This document shows, piece after piece, positions 1 through 9,614 of a DNA stretch of 50,228 nt. The position numbers and the translations under genes were made by a program. This DNA comes from an uncultured Acholeplasmatales bacterium (GTDB taxonomy: Bacteria; Bacillota_I; Bacilli_A; Acholeplasmatales; Anaeroplasmataceae): positions 1 to 50,228 of the forward strand of contig CAJOOI010000014.1 in NCBI GenBank assembly GCA_905236105.1, given 5' to 3'. Below the pieces are notes generated by a model. It did no database searches and was not told where the DNA came from. It saw only the letters and a program-made list of their open reading frames with translations. Within the stretch, counting starts at the first letter, position 1. Each line of letters begins with the position of its first letter.

Positions 1-1818
1 GATTCATTTTTATATAAAATTAAATGTTATGAATCTAAACATGAATATAAACCAGGAGATATAATTGAAATAAATATTAAATTAAAAGAAGATATCAAAT
101 CTTATGAGTTTGATTTTGATAATCAAGAATATTTATATTCATTAGGTATAAATTATAGTGGTAATATTAATAAAAGTAAAAAAATAGGATTCTTCCCTAC
201 TTTAAAAACACTTAAATATTATTATCAGGGATATTTAAAAACATATTTAACAGAAGATTCATATAATTATGTTTCATCTTTAGTTTTTGCAGATAATATA
301 TTAAATGATGAATTAAAAGATTCATATTCAGCCTTAGGCATATCCCATATTTTAGCAATAAGTGGCATGCATATTATTTTATTATTTAATTTTTTATCAT
401 TTATAATGCTTAAAATATTTAAATCATATCATAAAAAAATTCCATTAATCATCATATCTTTTTATGTAATATTAATAGGAGCGCCTAATTCTGCATTAAG
501 AGCTTTATTAATGTTATTATTATCATCAATTAATAAAGGGCGAAATAAATATACTAAATTAGATATTTTATCGATTTCTTTATTAACGATGTTATTTTTT
601 AATCCATATCGACTTTTTAATACCGGATTTATATTAAGTTATTTAATTAGTTTTATTTTATTATTTGAAAATGATTATAATGATTCTAAATATATGTTAT
701 TAAAAAATTATAAAAGATATCTTATTATTTTTTTAATAACTTTACCATTTACAATTAAAATGAATAATAAAATACATTTATTATCATTATTATTATCGCC
801 AATATTAACAATTCTATTTTCATATACACTTATACCAATTTCTTTTTTGTTAATAATATTTCCTATTTTAGATTATGTTTTTAAATATATTTATATATTC
901 ATTAATTTTTATACAATTAATTTAGCCAAATATGATATTTTTATTTCAATTAAAACATTTAATATTTATATTATGATTATATATTATGTATTATTTTCTT
1001 TTTTATTATATACATTAGTAATTAAAAAAGGACGTATATTAAGTTCATCATTATTAAATATGTTTTTCTTTATCATTATATTTATAAAATATTTAAATCC
1101 TTATTCATCTATTACATTTATTGATGTAGGTCAAGGCGATTCTACATTAATTAGATTACCTTATAATAAAGGAATAATGTTAATTGATTGTTATAATTCA
1201 TTTAATTATTTAAAGAGCGAGGGAATAAATAAAATAGATTATTTAGTATTTACACATTCTGATAACGACCACATAGGTGATTATAAAAAAATATTAAATT
1301 ATTTTGATGTTGATAAAATAATCATTCCTTATTATGATGAAAAATTTGATGAATTATTAATTTCATATAATAATATTACAAAAGTAGATTATAAATATGA
1401 AATAAACCTAAATAATTTTTATTTTGATATTTTAGGTCCAATCTACCCTTACGAAGATGCAAATTCAAATTCAGTTGTTATCAAATTAAAAATATATGAT
1501 TATACATTTTTATTTACTGGTGATATGACTAAAGAAGAAGAGGAAGATCTAGTTTATGAATATAATTCTTATTTAGATTCTGATGTTTTAAAAGTAGGGC
1601 ATCATGGATCAAGTACTTCATCATCAGAATTATTTTTAAAATATGTAACACCTAAATATTCAGTCATATCAGCTGGATTAAATAATAAATATGGACATCC
1701 TAATAAAGAAATAGTAGAGCGATTAAATAATTATTCTATAATATATATTACATATTTATGTGGAAATATAACTTTTAATATTTTAAATAACAAACTAAAC
1801 ATTTCAACTTATCGCTAA
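1..1818 (+). CDS. comEC: ComEC/Rec2 competence protein (5'-truncated by window edge)
   Basis: Frame is open from base 1 into the 367..1818 ORF. Competence-domain motif GISHILAISGMH, multi-TM region, then metallo-beta-lactamase domain (DVGQGDS, THSDNDHIG, LFTGD, KVGHHGS, YGHP). Confidence 0.93.
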   Translation, partial: DSFLYKIKCYESKHEYKPGDIIEINIKLKEDIKSYEFDFDNQEYLYSLGINYSGNINKSKKIGFFPTLKTLKYYYQGYLKTYLTEDSYNYVSSLVFADNILNDELKDSYSALGISHILAISGMHIILLFNFLSFIMLKIFKSYHKKIPLIIISFYVILIGAPNSALRALLMLLLSSINKGRNKYTKLDILSISLLTMLFFNPYRLFNTGFILSYLISFILLFENDYNDSKYMLLKNYKRYLIIFLITLPFTIKMNNKIHLLSLLLSPILTILFSYTLIPISFLLIIFPILDYVFKYIYIFINFYTINLAKYDIFISIKTFNIYIMIIYYVLFSFLLYTLVIKKGRILSSSLLNMFFFIIIFIKYLNPYSSITFIDVGQGDSTLIRLPYNKGIMLIDCYNSFNYLKSEGINKIDYLVFTHSDNDHIGDYKKILNYFDVDKIIIPYYDEKFDELLISYNNITKVDYKYEINLNNFYFDILGPIYPYEDANSNSVVIKLKIYDYTFLFTGDMTKEEEEDLVYEYNSYLDSDVLKVGHHGSSTSSSELFLKYVTPKYSVISAGLNNKYGHPNKEIVERLNNYSIIYITYLCGNITFNILNNKLNISTYR

Positions 1819-1850
1819 TTTATGGTAAAATATCATTTGGAGTTGATAAG

Positions 1851-3044
1851 ATGATTTATACACTTTCATATGAAGATATTAAATTAAAATGTATGTTTAT
1901 CAAAGATGATACATTTGGTACTTATTTTATTACAGAATTATTTGATAATGAAATAAAATTACCTAAAGAATTAGATATTACTAAAATTGATGAAAATAAT
2001 TTAAGAATATCATTAGATAATCTTAATTTTAAATCTAAAAAATTAAAAATATTTGGTAAACATCTTTATGTATTATCTGCTAAAAATGAAATATTAGATT
2101 TTGATGATGAAGCAATCAATGATAATATTTTATATAAAAAAGAAGAAATAATTGAAATATTATCTAAATTAATTCATTTATCTAACGGCAATTTTATGGT
2201 ATCTTCAATTCAAGATTATTTAGGAGTAATAAGTGAATTAAACCTGAAATATGAAAATTTAGAACATTTTTATCGTGGACATTATTGTTATAAATTTAAA
2301 TTAATTCCTTCTTTATTTAGAAATAAGAAATATTATTTAAATGAATCTTTAATTTATATGGATTTTAAATCTCATTTTTATAATGAATTTTCAAATAAAA
2401 AATATATTGAAATACTTACAATGATGCAGCATTATAAAATGCCTACAAGATTACTTGATACATCATTAAGTCCTTTAGTTGCGTTATTTATGGCAACTAA
2501 TAAGCCTGAAAATTTTAATATGGACGCCTTACCAATTGGGGAAGTTATAATGATGAATGAAGAAACCAAAAATATTAAATTCTTTGATTCAAATTTGACT
2601 ACTTTGATGGCTTCATTATCAGTTTTAGAAACTCATTACAAAATCGAATTATATGATGCAATAAAAGAATCAATCAAGAAAAATGATAGAACAATTTACC
2701 AAAATACGAATGCATATAAAAGATTTGTAGCAGAAGTTACATCAGAACTTCCAAAATTCGATGAATCTTTTTTTGATCCAACAGTTTTGTTGAAGCCTAA
2801 GCATATAAAAGTAGGTTTAATTAATGAACGTATAATTGCCCAAAGTGGCGCATTCATTTTATATGGTCTTACTGATATAGATGATTCATGTGATAATCTT
2901 TTAGAAACCAGAACAAAAGAGCGAATATTTATCACAAATCATGCATTTATTAGGAAGCAATTAGAAATGCTAAACATAAATATGGCTGTAATGTTTCCTG
3001 ATATGGATCATACCGCAACATCTATAACAAAAAAATTTAAATAA
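1851..3044 (+). CDS. FRG domain-containing protein
   Basis: FYRGH...LIPSLFR, MQHYKMPTRLLDTS.SPLVALFMA and NERIIAQSGAF are FRG-family motifs. RBS GGAG upstream. Confidence 0.85.
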   Translation: MIYTLSYEDIKLKCMFIKDDTFGTYFITELFDNEIKLPKELDITKIDENNLRISLDNLNFKSKKLKIFGKHLYVLSAKNEILDFDDEAINDNILYKKEEIIEILSKLIHLSNGNFMVSSIQDYLGVISELNLKYENLEHFYRGHYCYKFKLIPSLFRNKKYYLNESLIYMDFKSHFYNEFSNKKYIEILTMMQHYKMPTRLLDTSLSPLVALFMATNKPENFNMDALPIGEVIMMNEETKNIKFFDSNLTTLMASLSVLETHYKIELYDAIKESIKKNDRTIYQNTNAYKRFVAEVTSELPKFDESFFDPTVLLKPKHIKVGLINERIIAQSGAFILYGLTDIDDSCDNLLETRTKERIFITNHAFIRKQLEMLNINMAVMFPDMDHTATSITKKFK

Positions 3045-3093
3045 TATTTTTGTTTTGATGAATTTTAATGTATAATTATTAAAGGTGTTAATA

Positions 3094-3810
3094 ATGAATT
3101 TTTTATTAGTTAATGATGATGGATATAATGCTTTAGGTATAAATATATTAAAAAAACATTTAAAGCCATATGGAAATATATATGTAATTGCCCCTAATGT
3201 AGAAAAAAGTGGGTCATCACATTCATTTTCATATTGTGGACCATTTTATCTAACAAAAGTATGTGAAAATGAATATACCTTAAACGCATTCCCAGTAGAT
3301 TGTGTAAGACTATCTACTGTTTTAGATGTCAAATTTGATATTGTTTTTTCTGGTATCAATAATGGACTAAATTTAGGTACTGATATTATTTATTCTGGTA
3401 CACTAGGGGCTGCAAGAGAAGCATTAATACAAAAAATACCATCTATTGCGATATCTACTGATAGAAATTCTTTTGAAATAGTAGAAAAAGAAATAGATGA
3501 TGTTTTAAAATTAGTATTTAATAATAAATTATATTCAGATGAATATATTTTAAATATCAATTTCCCTACATCTGATTTTAAAAAATCAGTAGGCTATCGT
3601 GTTGCCAAAATGGGCAAAAAGATTTTTACAACAACATTTAAAAAACAAAATGATTATTATGAATCACTTTTTGAAAAAGTAGAATATGATAAAGATACAG
3701 AAACTGATGTTTATTTATCTTTAAAAGGATATACAACAATCGTTCCATTAAAACTTAATCAAACTGATGAAGAAAAGCTTGAAACTTTAAAAATAAAGGT
3801 TGGTAATTAA
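3094..3810 (+). CDS. surE: 5'/3'-nucleotidase SurE
   Basis: LLVNDDG, APNVEKSGSS, SGINNGLNLG, YSGTLGAA. ATG 3094 chosen from the AAGGTG RBS (ORF track starts at GTG 3085). Confidence 0.93.
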   Translation: MNFLLVNDDGYNALGINILKKHLKPYGNIYVIAPNVEKSGSSHSFSYCGPFYLTKVCENEYTLNAFPVDCVRLSTVLDVKFDIVFSGINNGLNLGTDIIYSGTLGAAREALIQKIPSIAISTDRNSFEIVEKEIDDVLKLVFNNKLYSDEYILNINFPTSDFKKSVGYRVAKMGKKIFTTTFKKQNDYYESLFEKVEYDKDTETDVYLSLKGYTTIVPLKLNQTDEEKLETLKIKVGN

Positions 3811-3811
3811 G

Positions 3812-4303
3812 ATGAATTTAGATGAAATGTTAAATTATTTAGGCGTTAAAACTCAAAGTGAAGAATCAATTAGACTTTGTTATCTAATGGATATGGAGGC
3901 ATTTTCTATGATGGAAAATGTTTCAAATTATAATTTTTTTGATGAAAAAAATAATTATGAAATAGTTTATAAATTATTATTAGATGAACTTGGATATGAA
4001 AAATTAGATGAAGCTTTAAAATCTGAATATAATGACGCATTAATGTTTATAGATTTAGATGAAGATGATCAAGATTACCGTGACAAATATTTTTCAGGTC
4101 TAGAAAGAACATTATTAAGATTCAATCATTTTGAATTAATTAGTTTCCAACCATTTAATGAACAAACTTATGAAGGTAAAGCACAAGATGCTTATTTATA
4201 TGAATTAAACAAATTCTATGATGAAGCAATAAGATTATACCAAGAATTAGGATTTCAAGACAGGTTAGATATTGTAAACAATAAGAAAATGATGGAAGAA
4301 TAA
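3812..4303 (+). CDS. Hypothetical acidic helical protein
   Basis: Typical codon usage, directly follows surE and ends before a terminator. No motif recognised. Confidence 0.7.
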   Translation: MNLDEMLNYLGVKTQSEESIRLCYLMDMEAFSMMENVSNYNFFDEKNNYEIVYKLLLDELGYEKLDEALKSEYNDALMFIDLDEDDQDYRDKYFSGLERTLLRFNHFELISFQPFNEQTYEGKAQDAYLYELNKFYDEAIRLYQELGFQDRLDIVNNKKMMEE

Positions 4304-4401
4304 ATATTAAAAATTGAAAATGCCATAAATGAGCATACTCCGTAAGAACGATTATAAACAAAAACTATCTCGGTTTATTAAAATTAAATTTGAGAATAAC
4401 C

Positions 4402-4438
4402 AAAAATAAAAACTGGATAAACCCAGTTTTTATTTTTT
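4402..4438. terminator. Bidirectional intrinsic terminator
   Basis: AAAAATAAAAACTGG-ATAAAC-CCAGTTTTTATTTTT inverted repeat between convergent genes. Confidence 0.8.
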
Positions 4439-4630
4439 ATTAAATTCATCATTAATTGACATTATTAAATCTTTTGATTCACATTTAGGACATATTTTTT
4501 CTTTAGCTAAGGCTTTAGCACAAGTAGGACAACCTAACATTCCTGGTATTTGTAAAAACAAATTATTATGTGGATGAGGAGGAGTATTAATTTCAAATTC
4601 ATATTTACAATTTTTACATGTATAATGCAT
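4430..4630 (-). CDS. Small zinc-ribbon protein (FmdB-like) with three CxxC motifs
   Basis: YTCKNCKYEFE...CPTC...CPKCES. Strong GGAGG RBS inside the end of yidD. Confidence 0.75.
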   Translation of the reverse strand: MHYTCKNCKYEFEINTPPHPHNNLFLQIPGMLGCPTCAKALAKEKICPKCESKDLIMSINDEFNKK

Positions 4631-4633
4631 CAA

Positions 4634-4885
4634 TTATTCCTCCAAGGCCTTCATTTTCTTTTCTTTCTTCGTTAAAGGTACAGGATCATATCCACCTTTA
4701 AAAAGAGGATTACATTTTAACAGTCTTTTAGTAGTTAAAAAGGAAGCTTTCAAAAAATTAAATTTCTCATAACAACCTCTTGCATATTCACTACATGTAG
4801 GTATATATCGACATTTAGGAGCGGTATTAGGAGATATTTCTCTTTTATACCAATCTATAAGCTTAATAGCTCCTTTATTTTTCAT
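4634..4885 (-). CDS. yidD: Membrane protein insertion efficiency factor YidD
   Basis: YKREISP, CRYIPTCSEY, RLLKCNPLFKGGYDPVP. Start uncertain (4885 vs 4900). Confidence 0.92.
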   Translation of the reverse strand: MKNKGAIKLIDWYKREISPNTAPKCRYIPTCSEYARGCYEKFNFLKASFLTTKRLLKCNPLFKGGYDPVPLTKKEKKMKALEE

Positions 4886-5411
4886 AATAAATTCTTTCAA
4901 ATAAAGCTTTTAATACATCTTCCCCAAATAATAATTTGACAATTGCATAAGCAAAATCTAGTGAATAAGCAACACTTTTAGCAGTTATTAATTTGCCATC
5001 TACGGCAACTCCTGTATTTAAAAAATTGCCACCAAAATCCTCATTCATAGAAGTAAAGCATGTATAATTTTTTCCTTTCAAATGCCCAAGCATACCAAAT
5101 ATAGTAGGTGCTGCACAAATACCAAATACATATTTATTTTCTTTAAAAAAATAATTAATAATTTCATGAACCATTTTTGATTCTCTTAAGAATCTATAGT
5201 GAGGTCCACCAGGAATTAATAACGCATCATATTCTTTATAATTGATATCATTTATTAATGTTATTCTAGATAAAGTAAAACCATTAGAGCTGGTTACTTC
5301 ATTTTTTGTACTAACAATTGTTAAGTCTGCCTTAACTCTTCTTAACATATCAAAAGGGGCCATTGCCTCTTCTTCTTCAAAGCCATCAAAAATTAACGCA
5401 AGTATTTTCAT
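4875..5411 (-). CDS. DJ-1/PfpI (YajL/ThiJ-like) family protein
   Basis: GFEEEE, LLIPGG, nucleophile motif GICAAP, DGKLITA. GGAGG RBS. Confidence 0.9.
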   Translation of the reverse strand: MKILALIFDGFEEEEAMAPFDMLRRVKADLTIVSTKNEVTSSNGFTLSRITLINDINYKEYDALLIPGGPHYRFLRESKMVHEIINYFFKENKYVFGICAAPTIFGMLGHLKGKNYTCFTSMNEDFGGNFLNTGVAVDGKLITAKSVAYSLDFAYAIVKLLFGEDVLKALFERIYYEK

Positions 5412-5440
5412 TTCAATACCTCCACAAAATATTTAAGATA

Positions 5441-5469
5441 ATTATAACAATCTTAATATTATTCTTCAA
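5441..5469 (-). promoter_or_regulatory. Sigma-70 promoter for DJ-1 operon
   Basis: TTGAAG-17bp-TATAAT with TGn extension on the minus strand. Confidence 0.6.
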
Positions 5470-5538
5470 GAATATGCGATTAATTTTTCTAATTTTGTAA
5501 TTTCCAAAGCCATTTTTTCGAAAAAGATTTAGTTTTAT

Positions 5539-5568
5539 TTGACAACGAAAGTCTATAAATGCTAAAAT
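5539..5568 (+). promoter_or_regulatory. Sigma-70 promoter for the 5623-mutS-mutL operon
   Basis: TTGACA-18bp-TAAAAT with extended -10 TGn. Confidence 0.7.
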
Positions 5569-5622
5569 ATTTAAGATAACAATATAAAGATTTAATCTTT
5601 ATATAATCTTGGAGGTAGCATT

Positions 5623-7050
5623 ATGGATGTAAATTATGAAAATAATTCTATAACTATATTCGGAAAAAAAGCTAAACTAGATGCTGTTATATCTAAATTT
5701 GCTTCAATAAGTGGAGACCAACTTTCACATTTTTTAAATAATAGAAGTATAAAAGTACCAAGAAAATTACATTTACTTGCTTTACTTAAAGTCTTAAATA
5801 AAAAAGTAAAGAAATTAATGACTAATTCTCTTTCAAATGATTATTTCATTAGACTTCAATATTATAAAGAATTTAGTGAAGAACAATATGCAATTTTATT
5901 CAATAAGATTGCCTCAGATGATGAAGAAGCATTTTTAGAATATCGTTATACATTTGTCAATTTATTGTTTTTAAATAATGTTGCTCTAAATTTCACTGAT
6001 GGCGAAATCAATTACATTAGATCCATCAACAAAGAAAAGCTTGAAGATTTTAATACATACTGCCATAAAATTGATTCAGTATGTATTGACCAAGAAGGAG
6101 ATTTTGATGGTATTAGTATTGATACATGCAAAACTGCATTTTTAAAAACTGCACCAGCTCATGAAATTAGAACAATCGGTAAAAAATATGGCTATAATGT
6201 TCCATCAAGATTAACTAAAGATCAATTGCTAGATTATATTAAATTCACTTTAGATAAAAAAATTACTAAAAATGAATTATCTACATTATCTAATATGACA
6301 CTTGCTCAAGTAAATCAATTCTGTGAAAAAATTGATGCCAAAATGAGTTCATCATTAACTAAACCAGAATTAATCAATTACTTGTTTTATATGATGGATG
6401 TAAATCCACTTGAAAAATCTTCTATAAAAGAATTAATCATACCTGAAGATGATGCATTCATCCCACTTGTTTTTACAGTTGACTTAGATGCAATCCCACC
6501 ATTTGGTAGAGGTGAGCCTAAAAAGCTTATCCATTATGAAGGCGAAGAACAAGATTTAGAAGATGAAATAATCACATTAGTTGAAGATGATATCGAAACA
6601 GATGTAGAAGAAACACCTGAAGAAGAAAATCTAGATGAACCCGAAGAAAATCTAGATGAACCTGAAGAAGAAAATCTAGATGAACCTGAGGAAAATCTAG
6701 ATGAGCCTGAAGAAGAAAATCTAGATGAACCTGAAGAAGAAAATCTAGATGAGCCTGAAGAAGAACCTGTACCAGAACCAGAGCCTGAAGAAGAACCTGT
6801 ACCAGAACCAGAGCCTGAAGAAGAACCAGAGCCTATAGTTGAAGATGCTCAACCTGAGCCTGTAGCTGAAGAACCTGTTGAAGAAAAATTCAATCAAGTT
6901 TCAGATTTATCTTCAAGAGAAAATGAATTATATGGTTCACCTAAAGTTGAAAATACAGGTAAAGGAAAAGTTAAATTAATCGTATTAAGTGTATTAGGCC
7001 TTGCCCTAATAGGCCTTGCAGCTTATATAATAATTACAATATTGAAGTAG
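5623..7050 (+). CDS. Uncharacterised tail-anchored membrane protein with HeH-like motifs and acidic repeat linker
   Basis: GGAGG RBS, helical N-terminal region, E/P/D-rich repeats, single C-terminal hydrophobic helix preceded by KGKVK. Confidence 0.85.
   Translation: MDVNYENNSITIFGKKAKLDAVISKFASISGDQLSHFLNNRSIKVPRKLHLLALLKVLNKKVKKLMTNSLSNDYFIRLQYYKEFSEEQYAILFNKIASDDEEAFLEYRYTFVNLLFLNNVALNFTDGEINYIRSINKEKLEDFNTYCHKIDSVCIDQEGDFDGISIDTCKTAFLKTAPAHEIRTIGKKYGYNVPSRLTKDQLLDYIKFTLDKKITKNELSTLSNMTLAQVNQFCEKIDAKMSSSLTKPELINYLFYMMDVNPLEKSSIKELIIPEDDAFIPLVFTVDLDAIPPFGRGEPKKLIHYEGEEQDLEDEIITLVEDDIETDVEETPEEENLDEPEENLDEPEEENLDEPEENLDEPEEENLDEPEEENLDEPEEEPVPEPEPEEEPVPEPEPEEEPEPIVEDAQPEPVAEEPVEEKFNQVSDLSSRENELYGSPKVENTGKGKVKLIVLSVLGLALIGLAAYIIITILK
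6616..6827 (+). repeat. In-frame coding tandem repeats
   Basis: Six 21/24-bp units (PEE[E]NLDE, 6616-6753), then a 30-bp unit GAGCCTGAAGAAGAACCTGTACCAGAACCA twice plus a partial copy (6751-6827). Confidence 0.95.
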
Positions 7051-7058
7051 GAGTATTC

Positions 7059-9614
7059 ATGAAAAACGTTAAATACAGTCCAATGATTGAACAGTATTTA
7101 GAAATCAAGAATAACTACAAGGATTACATTGTTTTTTTCCGTTTAGGTGATTTTTATGAAATGTTTTTTGAGGATGCACATATTGCAGCCAAAGAATTAG
7201 AACTTGCCCTAACTGGAAAAGATGCTGGTGTTGAAGAACGTGTTCCTATGTGTGGAATACCTTATCATGCAGCCAAAGAATATATTGAAAAGATGGTTTT
7301 AAAAGGTTATAAAATTGCTATAGTTGAGCAAATTGAAGACCCTAAAGAAGCCACTGGTATTGTTAAACGTGGTGTTGTACAAATTATCACGCCAGGAACT
7401 CTAGCAACTGGTATTGATGAAAAAGATAACAATTATATAGCATCAATCACATACCAAGACAAAGATTATATTTTAGCTTATGCAGACATATCCACAGGTG
7501 ACGGATATGTCTCTTTATTTAAAAAAAAGGATGTTTTATTAAGCGAAATATTATCTTTACATATCAAAGAAGTAATCACGCGTTCTGATTTCATAAATTA
7601 TGATATTCAATCATTTATTAAAGCAGAAGGGCTTACACATTCAAATGAAGATATAAATCAAATCCCAAAATCATTAGAAAGATGTACATTTAATTTAGAT
7701 TCTAAATTCAAAGATGCAATTGGTTTATTAATAAATTATTACATTGATACTCAAAAAGTAATGCCAATTCATTTTAAGCCATTCTTATATTATGAAAAAG
7801 AAGATTATATGAGATTAGATTCTTTTTCTAAAGATAATCTAGAATTAACTGAAACATTAAGATTTAATAATAGAAATGGCTCACTTTTAAATTTAATTGA
7901 TAAATGTAATACAGCCATGGGTTCAAGAATGCTTAAAAATTGGTTAATAAAACCACTTCTTGATGAGAAAAAAATCAACGAAAGACTTAATTATGTAGAA
8001 GCATTTACTAAAAATTATATCGTAAGAGAAGAAATAAAATCTTCTTTAAAAAATGTTTATGACCTTGAAAGAATAATTGGTAGAATATCAGCTAAAAGCG
8101 CTAATGCTAAAGATTTAGTATGGCTAAGAAGAAGCTTAAAAGAAGCTCCTGTTATAAAATCTTTGTTATTAGAATTAGATTTATCTGATGATGAAAAAAA
8201 TAATTTATCAATCAATACTCATGATGATTTATATAATTTATTAGATTCATCATTAGTTGATGACCCACCTTTCACATTAAAAGAAGGTGGCATCATCAAA
8301 GATGGTTATAATAAAACATTAGATGAATTAAGAGATATAAGCACTAATGGTAAAACATGGATATTAGAATACGAAAAAAAGCTAAGAGAAGAAACTCAAA
8401 TAAAAACATTAAAAGTTGGTTATAATAGAGTTACAGGATATTATATTGAAATAACTAAAGGAGCACTAAAGGATTTAAATATTGATTTAAAATTAGAAAG
8501 AAGAGCTACTTTAGTTAATAGTGAACGATTCATATCTGATGAATTAAAGCAATATGAAAATAAAATTTTAAATGCTAAAGAACAAATAGAAGAATTAGAA
8601 TATGAATTATTTACTGAAATCAGAAATGAAGCAGCATTAAAAATTGAAACACTTCAAGAATTAGCTGATACAATTTCAGAAATAGATTCATATATTTCAC
8701 TTGCTGATGTAGCATTAAAATATAATTATGTAAGACCAACATTTAACAATGAACGCTCTGTTAGTATTATTGATGGAAGACATCCAGTTTTAGAAAGTAT
8801 TTTAAAATCAGATTATATCTATAATGATGTAATAATCAATAAATATAATATGATTTTGATTACTGGTCCAAATATGAGTGGTAAATCTACATATATGAGA
8901 ATGCTTGCATCAATTGCAATATTAGCCCAAATTGGTTCATTTGTTCCTGCTAAAAGTGCTAATTTAATGATTTTTGATGGCATTTACACAAGAATTGGAG
9001 CAAAAGATGATTTATCAAGCGGCAAATCAACATTTATGGTTGAAATGAGTGAAGCCAATTATGCAATAAAAAATGCAACCAAAAACAGTCTAATTCTTTT
9101 TGATGAAATTGGTCGTGGTACTGCAACATATGATGGTATGGCCCTTGCACAAGCAATTTTAGAATACATTCATGAATCAAAAGAAGCAATTACATTATTT
9201 TCTACGCATTATCATGAATTAACTCAATTAGAAGGAAAATTAAAACGTCTTAAAAATGTTCATGTTGGTGCTAAAGAGGAAAATGGTAAAATCATATTCT
9301 TACATAAAGTAATTGATGGCCCAACAGATAAAAGTTATGGTATAAATGTTGCTTCCCTTGCAGGTTTGCCAAAAAGCTTAATCAAAAGAAGTAAAGATAT
9401 TTTAGATTCTCTTGAAGCATCTAAAACAGGTAAAGAAATATCATTAAATTTATTTAATTTTGATGAATATGATAAAAAAGATGAAGTAAAACAAGAAGTT
9501 AAAGAAGATGAAATCAAGAAAAAATTAAATCAAATAGATATCAATAAGATTTCACCTCTTGAAGCTTTAAATATATTATCAGAACTAAAGGATATAGAAA
9601 ATGGCAAAAATTAA
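7059..9614 (+). CDS. mutS: DNA mismatch repair protein MutS
   Basis: FFRLGDFYEMF, Walker A TGPNMSGKST, STFMVEM, DEIGRGT, FSTHYHEL. Confidence 0.98.
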   Translation: MKNVKYSPMIEQYLEIKNNYKDYIVFFRLGDFYEMFFEDAHIAAKELELALTGKDAGVEERVPMCGIPYHAAKEYIEKMVLKGYKIAIVEQIEDPKEATGIVKRGVVQIITPGTLATGIDEKDNNYIASITYQDKDYILAYADISTGDGYVSLFKKKDVLLSEILSLHIKEVITRSDFINYDIQSFIKAEGLTHSNEDINQIPKSLERCTFNLDSKFKDAIGLLINYYIDTQKVMPIHFKPFLYYEKEDYMRLDSFSKDNLELTETLRFNNRNGSLLNLIDKCNTAMGSRMLKNWLIKPLLDEKKINERLNYVEAFTKNYIVREEIKSSLKNVYDLERIIGRISAKSANAKDLVWLRRSLKEAPVIKSLLLELDLSDDEKNNLSINTHDDLYNLLDSSLVDDPPFTLKEGGIIKDGYNKTLDELRDISTNGKTWILEYEKKLREETQIKTLKVGYNRVTGYYIEITKGALKDLNIDLKLERRATLVNSERFISDELKQYENKILNAKEQIEELEYELFTEIRNEAALKIETLQELADTISEIDSYISLADVALKYNYVRPTFNNERSVSIIDGRHPVLESILKSDYIYNDVIINKYNMILITGPNMSGKSTYMRMLASIAILAQIGSFVPAKSANLMIFDGIYTRIGAKDDLSSGKSTFMVEMSEANYAIKNATKNSLILFDEIGRGTATYDGMALAQAILEYIHESKEAITLFSTHYHELTQLEGKLKRLKNVHVGAKEENGKIIFLHKVIDGPTDKSYGINVASLAGLPKSLIKRSKDILDSLEASKTGKEISLNLFNFDEYDKKDEVKQEVKEDEIKKKLNQIDINKISPLEALNILSELKDIENGKN

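Noticed and set aside
4329-4409. 26-aa ORF or ncRNA in the 4304-4400 spacer
   Set aside because: No RBS or convincing stable structure.
6616-6827. Possible CRISPR array
   Set aside because: Units are contiguous with no unique spacers and lie in frame within a CDS; no cas genes in the window.
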